The notes beneath the pieces were generated by a model. The model was given only the letters and a program-made list of their open reading frames with translations, was not told the DNA's origin and ran no database searches. Made by a program: the position numbers and the translations under genes. Shown here in pieces: positions 19,974 through 29,126 of a stretch of 64,000 nt of DNA (the first letter of the stretch is position 1; every line of letters begins with the position of its first letter). The stretch comes from a bacterium. GTDB lineage: Bacteria; Patescibacteriota; Patescibacteriia; JACQRZ01. The stretch spans positions 10,782 to 74,781 of the forward strand of contig JAHFJA010000003.1 in assembly GCA_023246095.1 (NCBI GenBank), read 5' to 3'.

Positions 19974-21170
19974 TTAGCGTAATATAGAAAGAATTGTCTG
20001 TGTGGCCGAAATGATTTTTTCAACGTCGGCATCTGTATTGTGCGCGCCAAACGACATACGTACAAGCGGAGGAAGATTTTTTACGTGTTGCAAAAAGTAG
20101 TGACAGCAAAAATATCCGCTGCGTACCATGATGTCACTCTTGGAATACATGAGGGCAATCGCATGAGAATCAATGTTTTCGGCGTACCATGCAAACGTGG
20201 ATGAAGGAGATGGGTTGAGCATCACGACGCCCGGCATTTCTTTTAGGCCGTCGCGCGTTGCCGTTGCAAGTTTTAACGCCCCTTCATATCGATCTTCTTC
20301 TGATAACCATTTTAATGCGGCAGAAAATCCTGCAATCGCCGCCCAATCCTGAAGGCCAGGCTCAAGGCGTGTGTACAATTGGTTTTCATCTTGGATAAGA
20401 GTATATGAATCTTTCAAAACATCCGACACCATGCTACCTCCTATAAAAAAGGGAGTGCCATTCTTTAATAACGTTTTTTTGATGACGACAAACCCTAGGC
20501 TGGGCCCGTACATTTTGTGGGATGAACCGAATAGACAATCGAAATCCAGATCAGACAATAGTTTCCGTTGGCCGATCATTGCTTGTGCTGCGTCTACACA
20601 GAGTATTCCTCCTTTTTCGTGGATGTCTGATGCTAGTTCTTTTATTTTGGAAAGAGGTCGTCCGTCTATATTGGAAACGCTATTCATAATGACTAACGCT
20701 TTTTCTAACTGTTCGGGTACATATACTACAGATCCATCATCGTTTCGTGAAAGTACTATTCGTTCAAGTCCTAACCTCTGAGCCAGATTTATCGTGGGGA
20801 GCATGACTGAATTGTGTTCTATTTCGGACGTTATTATTTGTTTGTATCCTTTGAGATCAAGAAGATTCAGAACCATGTTCACTCCATAGGTAGTGTTGAC
20901 AGTAAAAGCAACTTCGTATTCGTTCGACGATTTTCCAAGGTAAGCCAACAACTGTTGTCTGGTGCCATCAACTTTCTTGTCTACTTCTTCACCCCATCGG
21001 TATTTTACGCGTCCACCGCAGGCGTTGTATTTTTGGTAATATTCCATTTCGGCATCAACGATGCTTTGCGGACGAAGTGATTGGCAGGCGGAGTCGATAT
21101 AACAATCTTCTGGGCGAAGATAGGCAAAATCTCCTTTTCGCTCTTGTTTCCCTTTTTGGAAGATATTCAT
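19974..21170 (-). CDS. Class V PLP aminotransferase, SufS-like cysteine desulfurase
   Basis: EHNSV, VDAAQ, SSHKMYGP, RSGYFCCH. Confidence 0.85.
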   Translation of the reverse strand: MNIFQKGKQERKGDFAYLRPEDCYIDSACQSLRPQSIVDAEMEYYQKYNACGGRVKYRWGEEVDKKVDGTRQQLLAYLGKSSNEYEVAFTVNTTYGVNMVLNLLDLKGYKQIITSEIEHNSVMLPTINLAQRLGLERIVLSRNDDGSVVYVPEQLEKALVIMNSVSNIDGRPLSKIKELASDIHEKGGILCVDAAQAMIGQRKLLSDLDFDCLFGSSHKMYGPSLGFVVIKKTLLKNGTPFFIGGSMVSDVLKDSYTLIQDENQLYTRLEPGLQDWAAIAGFSAALKWLSEEDRYEGALKLATATRDGLKEMPGVVMLNPSPSSTFAWYAENIDSHAIALMYSKSDIMVRSGYFCCHYFLQHVKNLPPLVRMSFGAHNTDADVEKIISATQTILSILR

Positions 21171-21301
21171 ATGTATACATGTAACCAAGTATTGGGGGTC
21201 TTGACAAGATAGGCGATGTGCGATAGGGTGGTTTCAAGTACATTTATTGTATTTATTGATCACAATAGTAGGCTCTCGTTGGGAGCAATAGGGGAAAGAA
21301 A

Positions 21302-21721
21302 ATGAGCGAAATCTTACAATTTGCTGATCCAAAAGATCAGTGGAAGTACAATGCCGTTATCTCAGGTATTGTAAAGAAATGTTTGGATGAGAAACAGTTA
21401 TATTCTCTCCATTCTTATGAGCTTATACCTGCTCTATTGAAAGGTAAGGAATCACAGCATTATGAGATGCTGAAGAGCATTCCTGGTTTTGATGAGCAGT
21501 TTGAAATAAACAAGAAACAGCTTGCGTTCATTAAAGCAGCCGGTGGTATGACTGAAAAGATGGCAAGCCAGATGCTTGCTATCCATGAGGTTACTGCACC
21601 TGTATATGCAGCGCTGTTATTTTGCAAGACAAAGTTCATTGATCAGACAGAGAAACAAATTTTTTCTCAGTTTGATGCTTTGTTTGCCGAGGTAGCAGTT
21701 TTAATAAAAAAGACTTCCTAA
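21302..21721 (+). CDS. Hypothetical protein (solo cassette)
   Basis: TTGACA(21201)-17-TAGGGT; purine-rich RBS; terminator 21743-21771. Confidence 0.7.
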   Translation: MSEILQFADPKDQWKYNAVISGIVKKCLDEKQLYSLHSYELIPALLKGKESQHYEMLKSIPGFDEQFEINKKQLAFIKAAGGMTEKMASQMLAIHEVTAPVYAALLFCKTKFIDQTEKQIFSQFDALFAEVAVLIKKTS

Positions 21722-21898
21722 CTCAGGCAATAATTTTTCAAATAGCCTCTTAGATAATTTTTAAGAGGCTATTTTATTACCTATTTTTTTGTATGTTTGG
21801 GGGTTGACAATATAGATAATATGTGCTAATATTTGGCCTAAATAAAGGCGAATTAATGAACCTTTATTAAATTATTGTTACGCAAGGAGACGCGAAAC

Positions 21899-22201
21899 AT
21901 GCCAAAGAAATTTGTCGTGGAAACGGCAGGTTATATAGACAATTTTAGGAATGCCATCACATCAGATGATCCTTTGCTATTACATATCGCAGGAGCAGAC
22001 ATGGCTTCTATGACAGTATTATTGGGGATTTCAGAAATGAAAAAAGTTGATGTCGGCGTTCCGCAGTTCGAGATCAAAGGAGTTTTACTTGCTTTAACAA
22101 AGGGTTTGGCGTCCAGTGCGGTAAGGATTCCTGTTACAGGGTTTCTGAATTACACTGATCGTACAAAACCCGGCGTTGGAACTCTTAAAGAAAGAGCATA
22201 A
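21899..22201 (+). CDS. Hypothetical protein (solo cassette)
   Basis: TTGACA(21804)-17-TAATAT; AAGGAG SD; terminator ~22211-22244. Confidence 0.7.
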   Translation: MPKKFVVETAGYIDNFRNAITSDDPLLLHIAGADMASMTVLLGISEMKKVDVGVPQFEIKGVLLALTKGLASSAVRIPVTGFLNYTDRTKPGVGTLKERA

Positions 22202-22263
22202 GAATTTTAAAAAAAGGACTCTTAATGATTCAGAGTTCTTTTTTATTTTAGCCAAATAATTAT

Positions 22264-23310
22264 TTAATACTCATTTTCGATGTCTTTATATTTTGATCCA
22301 GTATATGTATCGGCTAGTTTTCTATAACGTTCATAAATTGTTTCATCAGTATTCTCAGTTTGGGCAAAATTATTTTCAATATTGGAGATATTTTGAAAAC
22401 AGAATGGATCACCTCTTTCTTGCATTTTGTAACTGATTTGGAGTGCAAGATCCCTGGGGGAATGCGCTAAAATACTTTCTTTTGTGTATGAAGAAGAAAC
22501 GGTTCCTAGTTCAAGGAGTTTTGTATAAAAACGTGTCGCGAGCGCATCACCTTTTTGGTACGCCTTATCTAAGGCAAGTGCAAGGAAAAATAGGGGCATT
22601 CCTTTGTAGTCCCATTGCCATTCTTTGATTCCGCTCATATCCCCATGGCCGTACATCATCTTTAATTCTTCTGATAGTAATACTGCTTTCCATACTAATT
22701 TTGGGTGAAGTCCTTCTTCTTCGAATGTATAACTACGCCAACTATCAGACTCGTATTGTGTGGGTTGAACTAATTTTTTTTCTAAATCATTTAACGCCTC
22801 AGGGGTTGTAATCAGTTCATCATCCAGCAACAAAACTTCATTTAGGACAAAATCTCGCGTAGAAAAATATTCCGCCAACGATTCAATTCTAACACCATGT
22901 CCGCGCGCATAATCATCCTGCATGTATTTTTTGGCCAGCTCATCTCTAATGGCAGGGGTTGTGTCTGGGTGAGCATCTGTTATCGCAACAATATCGATGT
23001 CTCGAGGGGGCATTACATCATGACCTAGTGCTTGAAGAGCAGCATTACGAGCAACGCCCCCCGAAAACCCATAACCTTTTGGTAGTGTGGCGGGTAATTT
23101 CTCTGTGAAGGGAATATGAACAAGAGAATAGGATTCATTTGTACTGGCTTCTTTGTCAGGACTTGTACGTATTATTTTTTCTACACGAAATCCACCTCCT
23201 CTGTTCTGTAATTTTTTTAATACTTCTTCATTGAGATTCAAAGATGAAGTCGGTTCGATTTCATGGTTATCTTTTTTTACATTTTCTGACACTGCCTTGT
23301 ACTTTTCCAT
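22264..23310 (-). CDS. Divergent nucleotidyltransferase with CCA-adding/poly(A) polymerase-like head
   Basis: SGGVARN...PRDIDIV and STRDFVLNE resemble class II motifs VGGxVRD...DxD and RRDFTIN. Confidence 0.6.
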   Translation of the reverse strand: MEKYKAVSENVKKDNHEIEPTSSLNLNEEVLKKLQNRGGGFRVEKIIRTSPDKEASTNESYSLVHIPFTEKLPATLPKGYGFSGGVARNAALQALGHDVMPPRDIDIVAITDAHPDTTPAIRDELAKKYMQDDYARGHGVRIESLAEYFSTRDFVLNEVLLLDDELITTPEALNDLEKKLVQPTQYESDSWRSYTFEEEGLHPKLVWKAVLLSEELKMMYGHGDMSGIKEWQWDYKGMPLFFLALALDKAYQKGDALATRFYTKLLELGTVSSSYTKESILAHSPRDLALQISYKMQERGDPFCFQNISNIENNFAQTENTDETIYERYRKLADTYTGSKYKDIENEY

Positions 23311-23395
23311 AGCATCTTCTTTAGAGGTATATCCTTTGCATAAATATTGATATCATCTTTTTCGAGGGAATTATTTGACGGGATAGTGTACAGTA

Positions 23396-23563
23396 TTAGC
23401 CGTAGTATTTTCCGACCTTGTAGCCAGCCCAGATACCAAGTATTCCACCGATTGTTGAAAGAAGGATGGAAGAAAAAGAAAAAATACCCGCACCCCACAG
23501 GCTAGGAATCAGACTACCAATCGTTGAACCTATAAAGAGACCTATCCAAATGAATGATTTCAT
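23396..23563 (-). CDS. 55-aa Gly-rich 2-TM membrane protein (not in ORF track)
   Basis: MKSFIWIGLFIGSTIGSLIPSLWGAGIFSFSSILLSTIGGILGIWAGYKVGKYYG*; TGCTACACT -10 box 9 nt upstream. Confidence 0.75.
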   Translation of the reverse strand: MKSFIWIGLFIGSTIGSLIPSLWGAGIFSFSSILLSTIGGILGIWAGYKVGKYYG

Positions 23564-23613
23564 AGTAATGCTAGTGTAGCATATATAAAATTTTTTTTTA
23601 AAGTATCATGCTA

Positions 23614-23650
23614 CAAAAAAGCCCTCACTTTCGGGAGGGCTCTATTGGAG
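23614..23650 (-). repeat. Direct repeat of tRNA-Gly 3' end + terminator (att-like scar)
   Basis: 32/37 identical to 24839-24875. Confidence 0.75.
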
Positions 23651-23788
23651 TTGATTGGTGGACGACATTGAAAGCAATTGGGCGCGAATAGGTATCCCTT
23701 GACTTTTGGTAAAAATAATATAGAGTGGGGACAAACGGCTAGCTCGTTGAGCTCGTTTACAAATTATTGTTATTGGAGGAAACGGATT

Positions 23789-24154
23789 ATGAATGCAGAC
23801 GTCAAAGAGCAGAGAGTGTTTGTATTAGATCAAAGTGAGCTATCAAATAATACATATGCCGTATGGAATGTGATAATTTCGTATACCGTGAGGCTTATGT
23901 CAGATGGTAGCTTAGTCCAGGTTATTTCTTTGGTTCAGAAAGGAATTTCCGGGCGTCTGGAAGGTGAAGATGTTTGGCGTATTGGTCAATCGACAAAAAA
24001 CTACGCAGACCTGCTTAATTTTGATAGAAATGACGCAGCGAAGTTATTTGAGATGTGGTACACATCTAGGGGGAGAAATAAAGCGGCAGTGGCCGAGTGG
24101 CTACACAGCAGGTTTAGTTCCACTAGAAGTATATTTAAAAAATTATTGTTTTAA
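23789..24154 (+). CDS. Hypothetical protein
   Basis: TTGACT promoter at 23699; GGAGG SD before ATG 23789. Confidence 0.7.
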   Translation: MNADVKEQRVFVLDQSELSNNTYAVWNVIISYTVRLMSDGSLVQVISLVQKGISGRLEGEDVWRIGQSTKNYADLLNFDRNDAAKLFEMWYTSRGRNKAAVAEWLHSRFSSTRSIFKKLLF

Positions 24155-24165
24155 GGAGGTAAGGG

Positions 24166-24591
24166 ATGAGTGAGGTTATTCAGTATTTTATTGGGGGGCA
24201 GTATTGTGCGGCACATGGTTCCATTGGTGATACTCTAAAGCAAAGTCGTGTTTTAGAGAATTGTATAGATCATTCAATTGAGATCATTCCACCAAACGAT
24301 ATTCAGTCTATAGACAAACTCAGAAAGTGTTTGAAAGACGTGGAAAAGGAATTTTTAGACCTAGACTGTGATAATGCCCCGGCAGACTACGATCATGCAA
24401 AAAGAAATGTTGCTCGACTAAAAATGGGTATTATTACGGAAATCCTTCTGACTGGAAAGGTAAATACAGCTAATTACAAAATACATGCGAGGGAAATAAA
24501 GTTACACCACAACTATACGGATTATCAATATGATTGTGCTTGCAATGAGATTGTAGGTTTATGGGAAGAAGGGGGTAAAGAGGATGAGTAA
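24166..24591 (+). CDS. Hypothetical protein
   Basis: AAGGAGGT SD; follows 23789-24154 by 11 nt. Confidence 0.7.
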   Translation: MSEVIQYFIGGQYCAAHGSIGDTLKQSRVLENCIDHSIEIIPPNDIQSIDKLRKCLKDVEKEFLDLDCDNAPADYDHAKRNVARLKMGIITEILLTGKVNTANYKIHAREIKLHHNYTDYQYDCACNEIVGLWEEGGKEDE

Positions 24592-24752
24592 GTTTGAATA
24601 TGGGGATCTTGATATATCTGTATTGGTTAATCTTTCTGAATGCCGAAGCCTTAGTAAATAGTAGACTTTGTATTATTTCTCTTAAACCTAGTGCTAAAGA
24701 TTACGATATAGAACTTGATGGGCCGGAAATGGACGGGTTACATATAGAGTAA
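24584..24752 (+). pseudogene. Possible frameshifted small ORF
   Basis: ATG overlaps the previous gene end (MSKFEYGDL..., 25 aa); a +1 frame continues to TAA 24752 just before terminator 24781-24808. Confidence 0.3.
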
Positions 24753-24870
24753 TTTAAATTGTATGTTTGGGTTTATTTGCGAGGTAGTTAATTACTGCCT
24801 CTTTTTTTATTTTTCCTAATTTCTCATCCCTCTATTATCAAAAAAGCCCTCCTTTTTGGGAGAGCTCTCT

Positions 24871-24945
24871 TGGAGCGGGTAACGGGAATCGGACCCGTAT
24901 CTCGACCTTGGCAAGGTCATATAATAACCATTATACGATACCCGC
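24871..24945 (-). tRNA. tRNA-Gly(GCC)
   Basis: Cloverleaf GCGGGTA...TACCCGC-T-CCA, anticodon loop TT-GCC-AA, encoded CCA. Confidence 0.95.
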
Positions 24946-24948
24946 GTA

Positions 24949-25419
24949 CTAGTAGTGGTACGTCTTTTTCCTCATGATGCAAAATGCACGATACAACTGT
25001 TCATGCAACAATACTCTAGCAATCTGGTGGGTAACCGTCAAGGGAGAAAGAGACCATGTAATATCAGCCTTGGAGGTGATCTCATCTGATATCCCTAAGG
25101 GGCCGCCGATTACAAAAGTTAGTGGTGAACCGATATCGACTTTGCTCTCAAGAAGGTGAGAAAATTTTTCAGAGGTATATTCTTTTCCATGAACATCGAG
25201 CGCAACAAGAACACCCTGCTGAGGGATGTGTTTCAGAATGAGGCTTGCTTCTTTTTTTAATACTTCAGGTTTTGCATTCGCGTGAGAAAACGGCACTTCT
25301 TTAATCTCTTTAACCTCAACCGACGCCCATTGAGAAAGGCGTTTAGTATATTCTTTTTCAGCATCTTTCCAATAGCTCTCTTTCAGAGATCCGACCGATA
25401 TAATAGTGATTGAATGCAT
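24949..25419 (-). CDS. rlmH: 23S rRNA (pseudouridine1915-N3)-methyltransferase
   Basis: FVIGGPLG, SLSPLTVTHQIARVLLHEQLYRA, terminal YHY. Confidence 0.95.
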   Translation of the reverse strand: MHSITIISVGSLKESYWKDAEKEYTKRLSQWASVEVKEIKEVPFSHANAKPEVLKKEASLILKHIPQQGVLVALDVHGKEYTSEKFSHLLESKVDIGSPLTFVIGGPLGISDEITSKADITWSLSPLTVTHQIARVLLHEQLYRAFCIMRKKTYHY

Positions 25420-25421
25420 AA

Positions 25422-28400
25422 TTATTTTTTGGGTGACCTCCGGCGTATATACATACTGCTTGCGAGGAATACTATACTAAAGAGTGAGACAACGCCAATT
25501 TGAATTAAGGGAATCGGTTTGTCTGATGCAGTGAGTGTCAATGTAGAGTTGTCATTTTTTTGGGGAGTGGATGGGGTCTGGGGGTTGGCGATGTTTGTTG
25601 TTGTGAGGATGAGATCATCTTTCGTGCGGGGGAGGATTCGATAGCCTGTGGATGTTTGACTGACAATGCCCGTTGCTTGTAGAGTACTCGCTTTGTCGAT
25701 TTTCATTCTGGTGATACCAGTTGAGGTTTTGACATACACTCGCGCTTCATCTGTTCCATCATCGATGTAAATACTGGGCCATTGGGTCTTTACCACCTCT
25801 CCTTTGATTGTTACCAGACTGCCTTCGTACTCTTCACCGACATCAGTGATTGAAATGGGGTGAGCGATGGGAGGCGGGCCATGACTTATAAATCGGATTG
25901 TATTATCCTTACCAACCTTGATTCTCGCTTCATCACTGATTTGTGATCGGACACCAGTAAGCTGTACAGTATCACCGATGAGTAACTTTGGCATCTGGTT
26001 TTTTGAAACATATATTTGCATACCCGAGCCGGCCAAGTAGAAAATGTTTGCACCGAGCGAACCTGGGGTGGACGAGACTACCCCTTTTACACTTACCGAC
26101 GTGTCCAAAGGAAGGTCGCGCGCCTGAGCGAGAGTAGTTTGGATTATATCTGGCGTCGATTTTTTGCTGGTTGCCTTTGATGCGGTCGTTTTTGAGGAAG
26201 CGGTGACTGTATTCGATTTGGAAAGGGTGCTTTGTGGTCCTGAAAGTTCGATGTCCGACATTGGGGATGCATTACTTGAATTTTGCTTGCCAGAAGTAAC
26301 GCTGGTTGACCAAACAAAATCTCCTTCTTTTGTGCGCATGAGACTTTGGGCTTCGGGAGCGTCTTCATACGATACAACATCCATGAAATCACCTTGGCTG
26401 TTATACAGAGTGACAGTGTCAGCGGCATTGCGTAATTGAATTTTATTGGCCGTAGGAGTTAAAACTAACAATGCTCCGGGGTCGATGCGGGATCCGGCAG
26501 GAAAGGTATATGATTTTTTCCCAAGCTGATAGGTGACACGCCAGCCAGACACATCGATGAAAACATTGGAAATATTTGTCAGCTCGATGAATTCATTGGT
26601 GTCCTTTCCTTTGGGGTTTGGCGCGATTTCATTGATAACGACTGGTGAAATACCCGCTATGCTTTGGGGGATTTCTTCAGGGGGTAGCTTGCTCATGGGT
26701 TGTGGTGAAACTGTTTGAGAAGCTGCTTCGATAACGATCGTCTTAGTCGCTTTCTTTTCATTTGTCGGATCTTTGACGGTGAGGCTTACTTTGTATCGAC
26801 CTGCCGTCGAATAATGATGACTGAGTTGCACGCTATCTCCTTGTTGTCCGTCGCCAAAATCCCAATGATAGGTCAGCGGATCTTGTTCAGCGTCTGTCGT
26901 ATCTGACGCATCGAACATTAACTCTTCTAAAATGGCACCACTGTTGGGCATTTCCATATCAGGATCAGGTGGTTCATTGGCAAGTGTTTTGATGTTTGCC
27001 ACGCCGGGGGTGGGAGTAGTAGTCCAGCCGTTTTCTTGATCGCTGAAAAAAGCATATGAATGTCCTTGGATTGTTTTTTCTTTATACGCGAGTGTTGCAT
27101 TCGGTTTTTCACCGTTGGGTTGATAGAGCGTTACTGAATCGCCTCCTGTGTTTTTAAGTGCAAGACCAGTTACAGGGCGTTCAAAAATAAAATAGGATTT
27201 TGCTTTGATTGTTGTATCTTTAAGTTTCTTGTTATCGACGATGTATTTGCGACCCGCTGCGTTTACGATTTCCCAACCGAGAAGGTCGATATCTTTATCT
27301 CCTTTATTGTAGAGTTCAATAAATTCTGTTTTGGAATCAACGCCGATCGGGTCAGGGAGAAGCTCTGAAATGATTATATCTTTAATAAATGGCGCGGTAG
27401 CATCATCTGCTGGGATTGCGGGGTCGATAATGACATTTGAACTTCCTTTTGTCGGTTTGGTAGTGACTTGAAAATCAAATGCATTGTTGTAACTATTGTG
27501 GCCATCTTTGAGACGTGCAGTTGAAGATGGGTCAGCGGCTTTTGGTGCATTATTGAGGGTGTTGCCGTCATCCCAGTTACCAAAAGACACGTCGTCAACG
27601 GTGATGCCGTTGGGATCTTTGAGAATAATGAGATCACCCGCGTTATTCAGTTTCCCTTTCGGATTTTCAACAATAAAAAAGCGATTGTTTGCGCTGGATC
27701 CAATTTTCCCCGAAAGATTTGTTTTTGTGTTTGATCCATCTTCTATCGACCATCCCGTAAGGTCGATATCTTTTATTTGAGGATTATACAATTCTATCCA
27801 TTCGACATCGTCGTCGGTAGGGTCTGAGACAAATTCGTTTATGTACATATCCCCTCGCGCGTAATAGGTCGCTTGTGGTTGTGCGGGTACAGCGGGAGGT
27901 GTCGTTGGGGGTACGACGACAGGAGGAGGGTCTGCTGGGGGTGGATCAACGACTATGGGTGGCGATATGGGAGCACTTGCCGCATTGATCGTGCCGATGG
28001 TATTGCCGCTCGCATGTTCTTTCCAGTTGGTGGCAGTATAATCTGTTTTTGTCGCGTCGACGCGTTCCAATGAATGAGTCGGAGCCGCGATGTATGCAAA
28101 CTGTTCGATGAATGCCCCTGTGTTATCTTTCAATGCGATTGATTCTCCTGCTTCCGTGAGCGTTGTCCACGCGCTGTCGATAATGGTACCTGTGAATGAT
28201 GGATAATCAGCAGCAGTGTTTGCAGCGACATCGGCGATGATCGCATATTCACCAGGCTCAATAGTCATGTCTCCTTGGAAAGCGGAGAGTCCATGATTGG
28301 TGTCAGCTTCAAAAAATTTCCACCCGGTCATATCAACGGGTGCAGTACCTTTATTATATATTTCAAACCATTCGTGATCGGAATTTTCCGATGCACCGAT

Positions 28401-28502
28401 TTCGTTAATGACTATATCGGTTGTCGCTGCTCGGACAGGAGTAATAGTGATAGGTGAACTTATAAAAACAATGAGAAGTGCGAACGTAAAAGTTCGAGAC
28501 AT
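25422..28502 (-). CDS. Surface protein: 4 lamin-tail domains + PKD + OB folds, C-terminal TM anchor
   Basis: Four INE/ISE...E(W/F)xEx-xN repeats; YHWDFGDG PKD; YRILPR OB end; signal peptide and TM/basic tail. Confidence 0.85.
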   Translation of the reverse strand: MSRTFTFALLIVFISSPITITPVRAATTDIVINEIGASENSDHEWFEIYNKGTAPVDMTGWKFFEADTNHGLSAFQGDMTIEPGEYAIIADVAANTAADYPSFTGTIIDSAWTTLTEAGESIALKDNTGAFIEQFAYIAAPTHSLERVDATKTDYTATNWKEHASGNTIGTINAASAPISPPIVVDPPPADPPPVVVPPTTPPAVPAQPQATYYARGDMYINEFVSDPTDDDVEWIELYNPQIKDIDLTGWSIEDGSNTKTNLSGKIGSSANNRFFIVENPKGKLNNAGDLIILKDPNGITVDDVSFGNWDDGNTLNNAPKAADPSSTARLKDGHNSYNNAFDFQVTTKPTKGSSNVIIDPAIPADDATAPFIKDIIISELLPDPIGVDSKTEFIELYNKGDKDIDLLGWEIVNAAGRKYIVDNKKLKDTTIKAKSYFIFERPVTGLALKNTGGDSVTLYQPNGEKPNATLAYKEKTIQGHSYAFFSDQENGWTTTPTPGVANIKTLANEPPDPDMEMPNSGAILEELMFDASDTTDAEQDPLTYHWDFGDGQQGDSVQLSHHYSTAGRYKVSLTVKDPTNEKKATKTIVIEAASQTVSPQPMSKLPPEEIPQSIAGISPVVINEIAPNPKGKDTNEFIELTNISNVFIDVSGWRVTYQLGKKSYTFPAGSRIDPGALLVLTPTANKIQLRNAADTVTLYNSQGDFMDVVSYEDAPEAQSLMRTKEGDFVWSTSVTSGKQNSSNASPMSDIELSGPQSTLSKSNTVTASSKTTASKATSKKSTPDIIQTTLAQARDLPLDTSVSVKGVVSSTPGSLGANIFYLAGSGMQIYVSKNQMPKLLIGDTVQLTGVRSQISDEARIKVGKDNTIRFISHGPPPIAHPISITDVGEEYEGSLVTIKGEVVKTQWPSIYIDDGTDEARVYVKTSTGITRMKIDKASTLQATGIVSQTSTGYRILPRTKDDLILTTTNIANPQTPSTPQKNDNSTLTLTASDKPIPLIQIGVVSLFSIVFLASSMYIRRRSPKK

Positions 28503-28649
28503 AGTATAAAAAGAAAAATGAGCAAGGTAGTATTAGTATACCAAAACCGTATATTATAACGCTAATTGTCCATATTTTTGTTGACAGTATTCAAACTGTG
28601 TGCTACGGTAGTTGCGTTAGTATTATAGTTAAAATTAGGAGACGTATTA

Positions 28650-29054
28650 ATGCCGATAGTATTGAGAGATACAGATGAGTACAAAGATGGGAATACACAA
28701 AAGGTGGTTGAGAAGATTATCGTGAGACACGACATTAAAGATTTCAGCGGAGCTATTAACGTGCTCGAACCTCTCACAAGAAAATATCCAGACAATGATC
28801 TCATGAGTTATGCTTTGGCGGATCTGTATGCAAAAGAGGAACGCTATGAGGATGCGATGAAGATATTTTTTTCTTTAGCTATGAAACAGTGGGGACCTCA
28901 TAGCGATACCTTGAGAATAAAGTATCTTTTAGACGCTGCAAAGTGCTATGAAAAGTATATAGAAAATCAGGACAAGTCTGTAACACAAACAGAACTAAAG
29001 ATTGGAGAAGTACTGTTCTTTATGACGGATTATAAAAAAGACAATATTCAATAG
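28650..29054 (+). CDS. TPR-like hypothetical protein (solo cassette)
   Basis: TTGACA(28581)-17-TACGGT; AGGAG SD; LADLYAKEERYEDA TPR pattern; terminator 29062-29089. Confidence 0.7.
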   Translation: MPIVLRDTDEYKDGNTQKVVEKIIVRHDIKDFSGAINVLEPLTRKYPDNDLMSYALADLYAKEERYEDAMKIFFSLAMKQWGPHSDTLRIKYLLDAAKCYEKYIENQDKSVTQTELKIGEVLFFMTDYKKDNIQ

Positions 29055-29126
29055 AAATAATAAGGTACCTGAATAAAACAGGTACTTTTATATTTCTGCT
29101 CATAACCTGATATACTATCTCTATCT

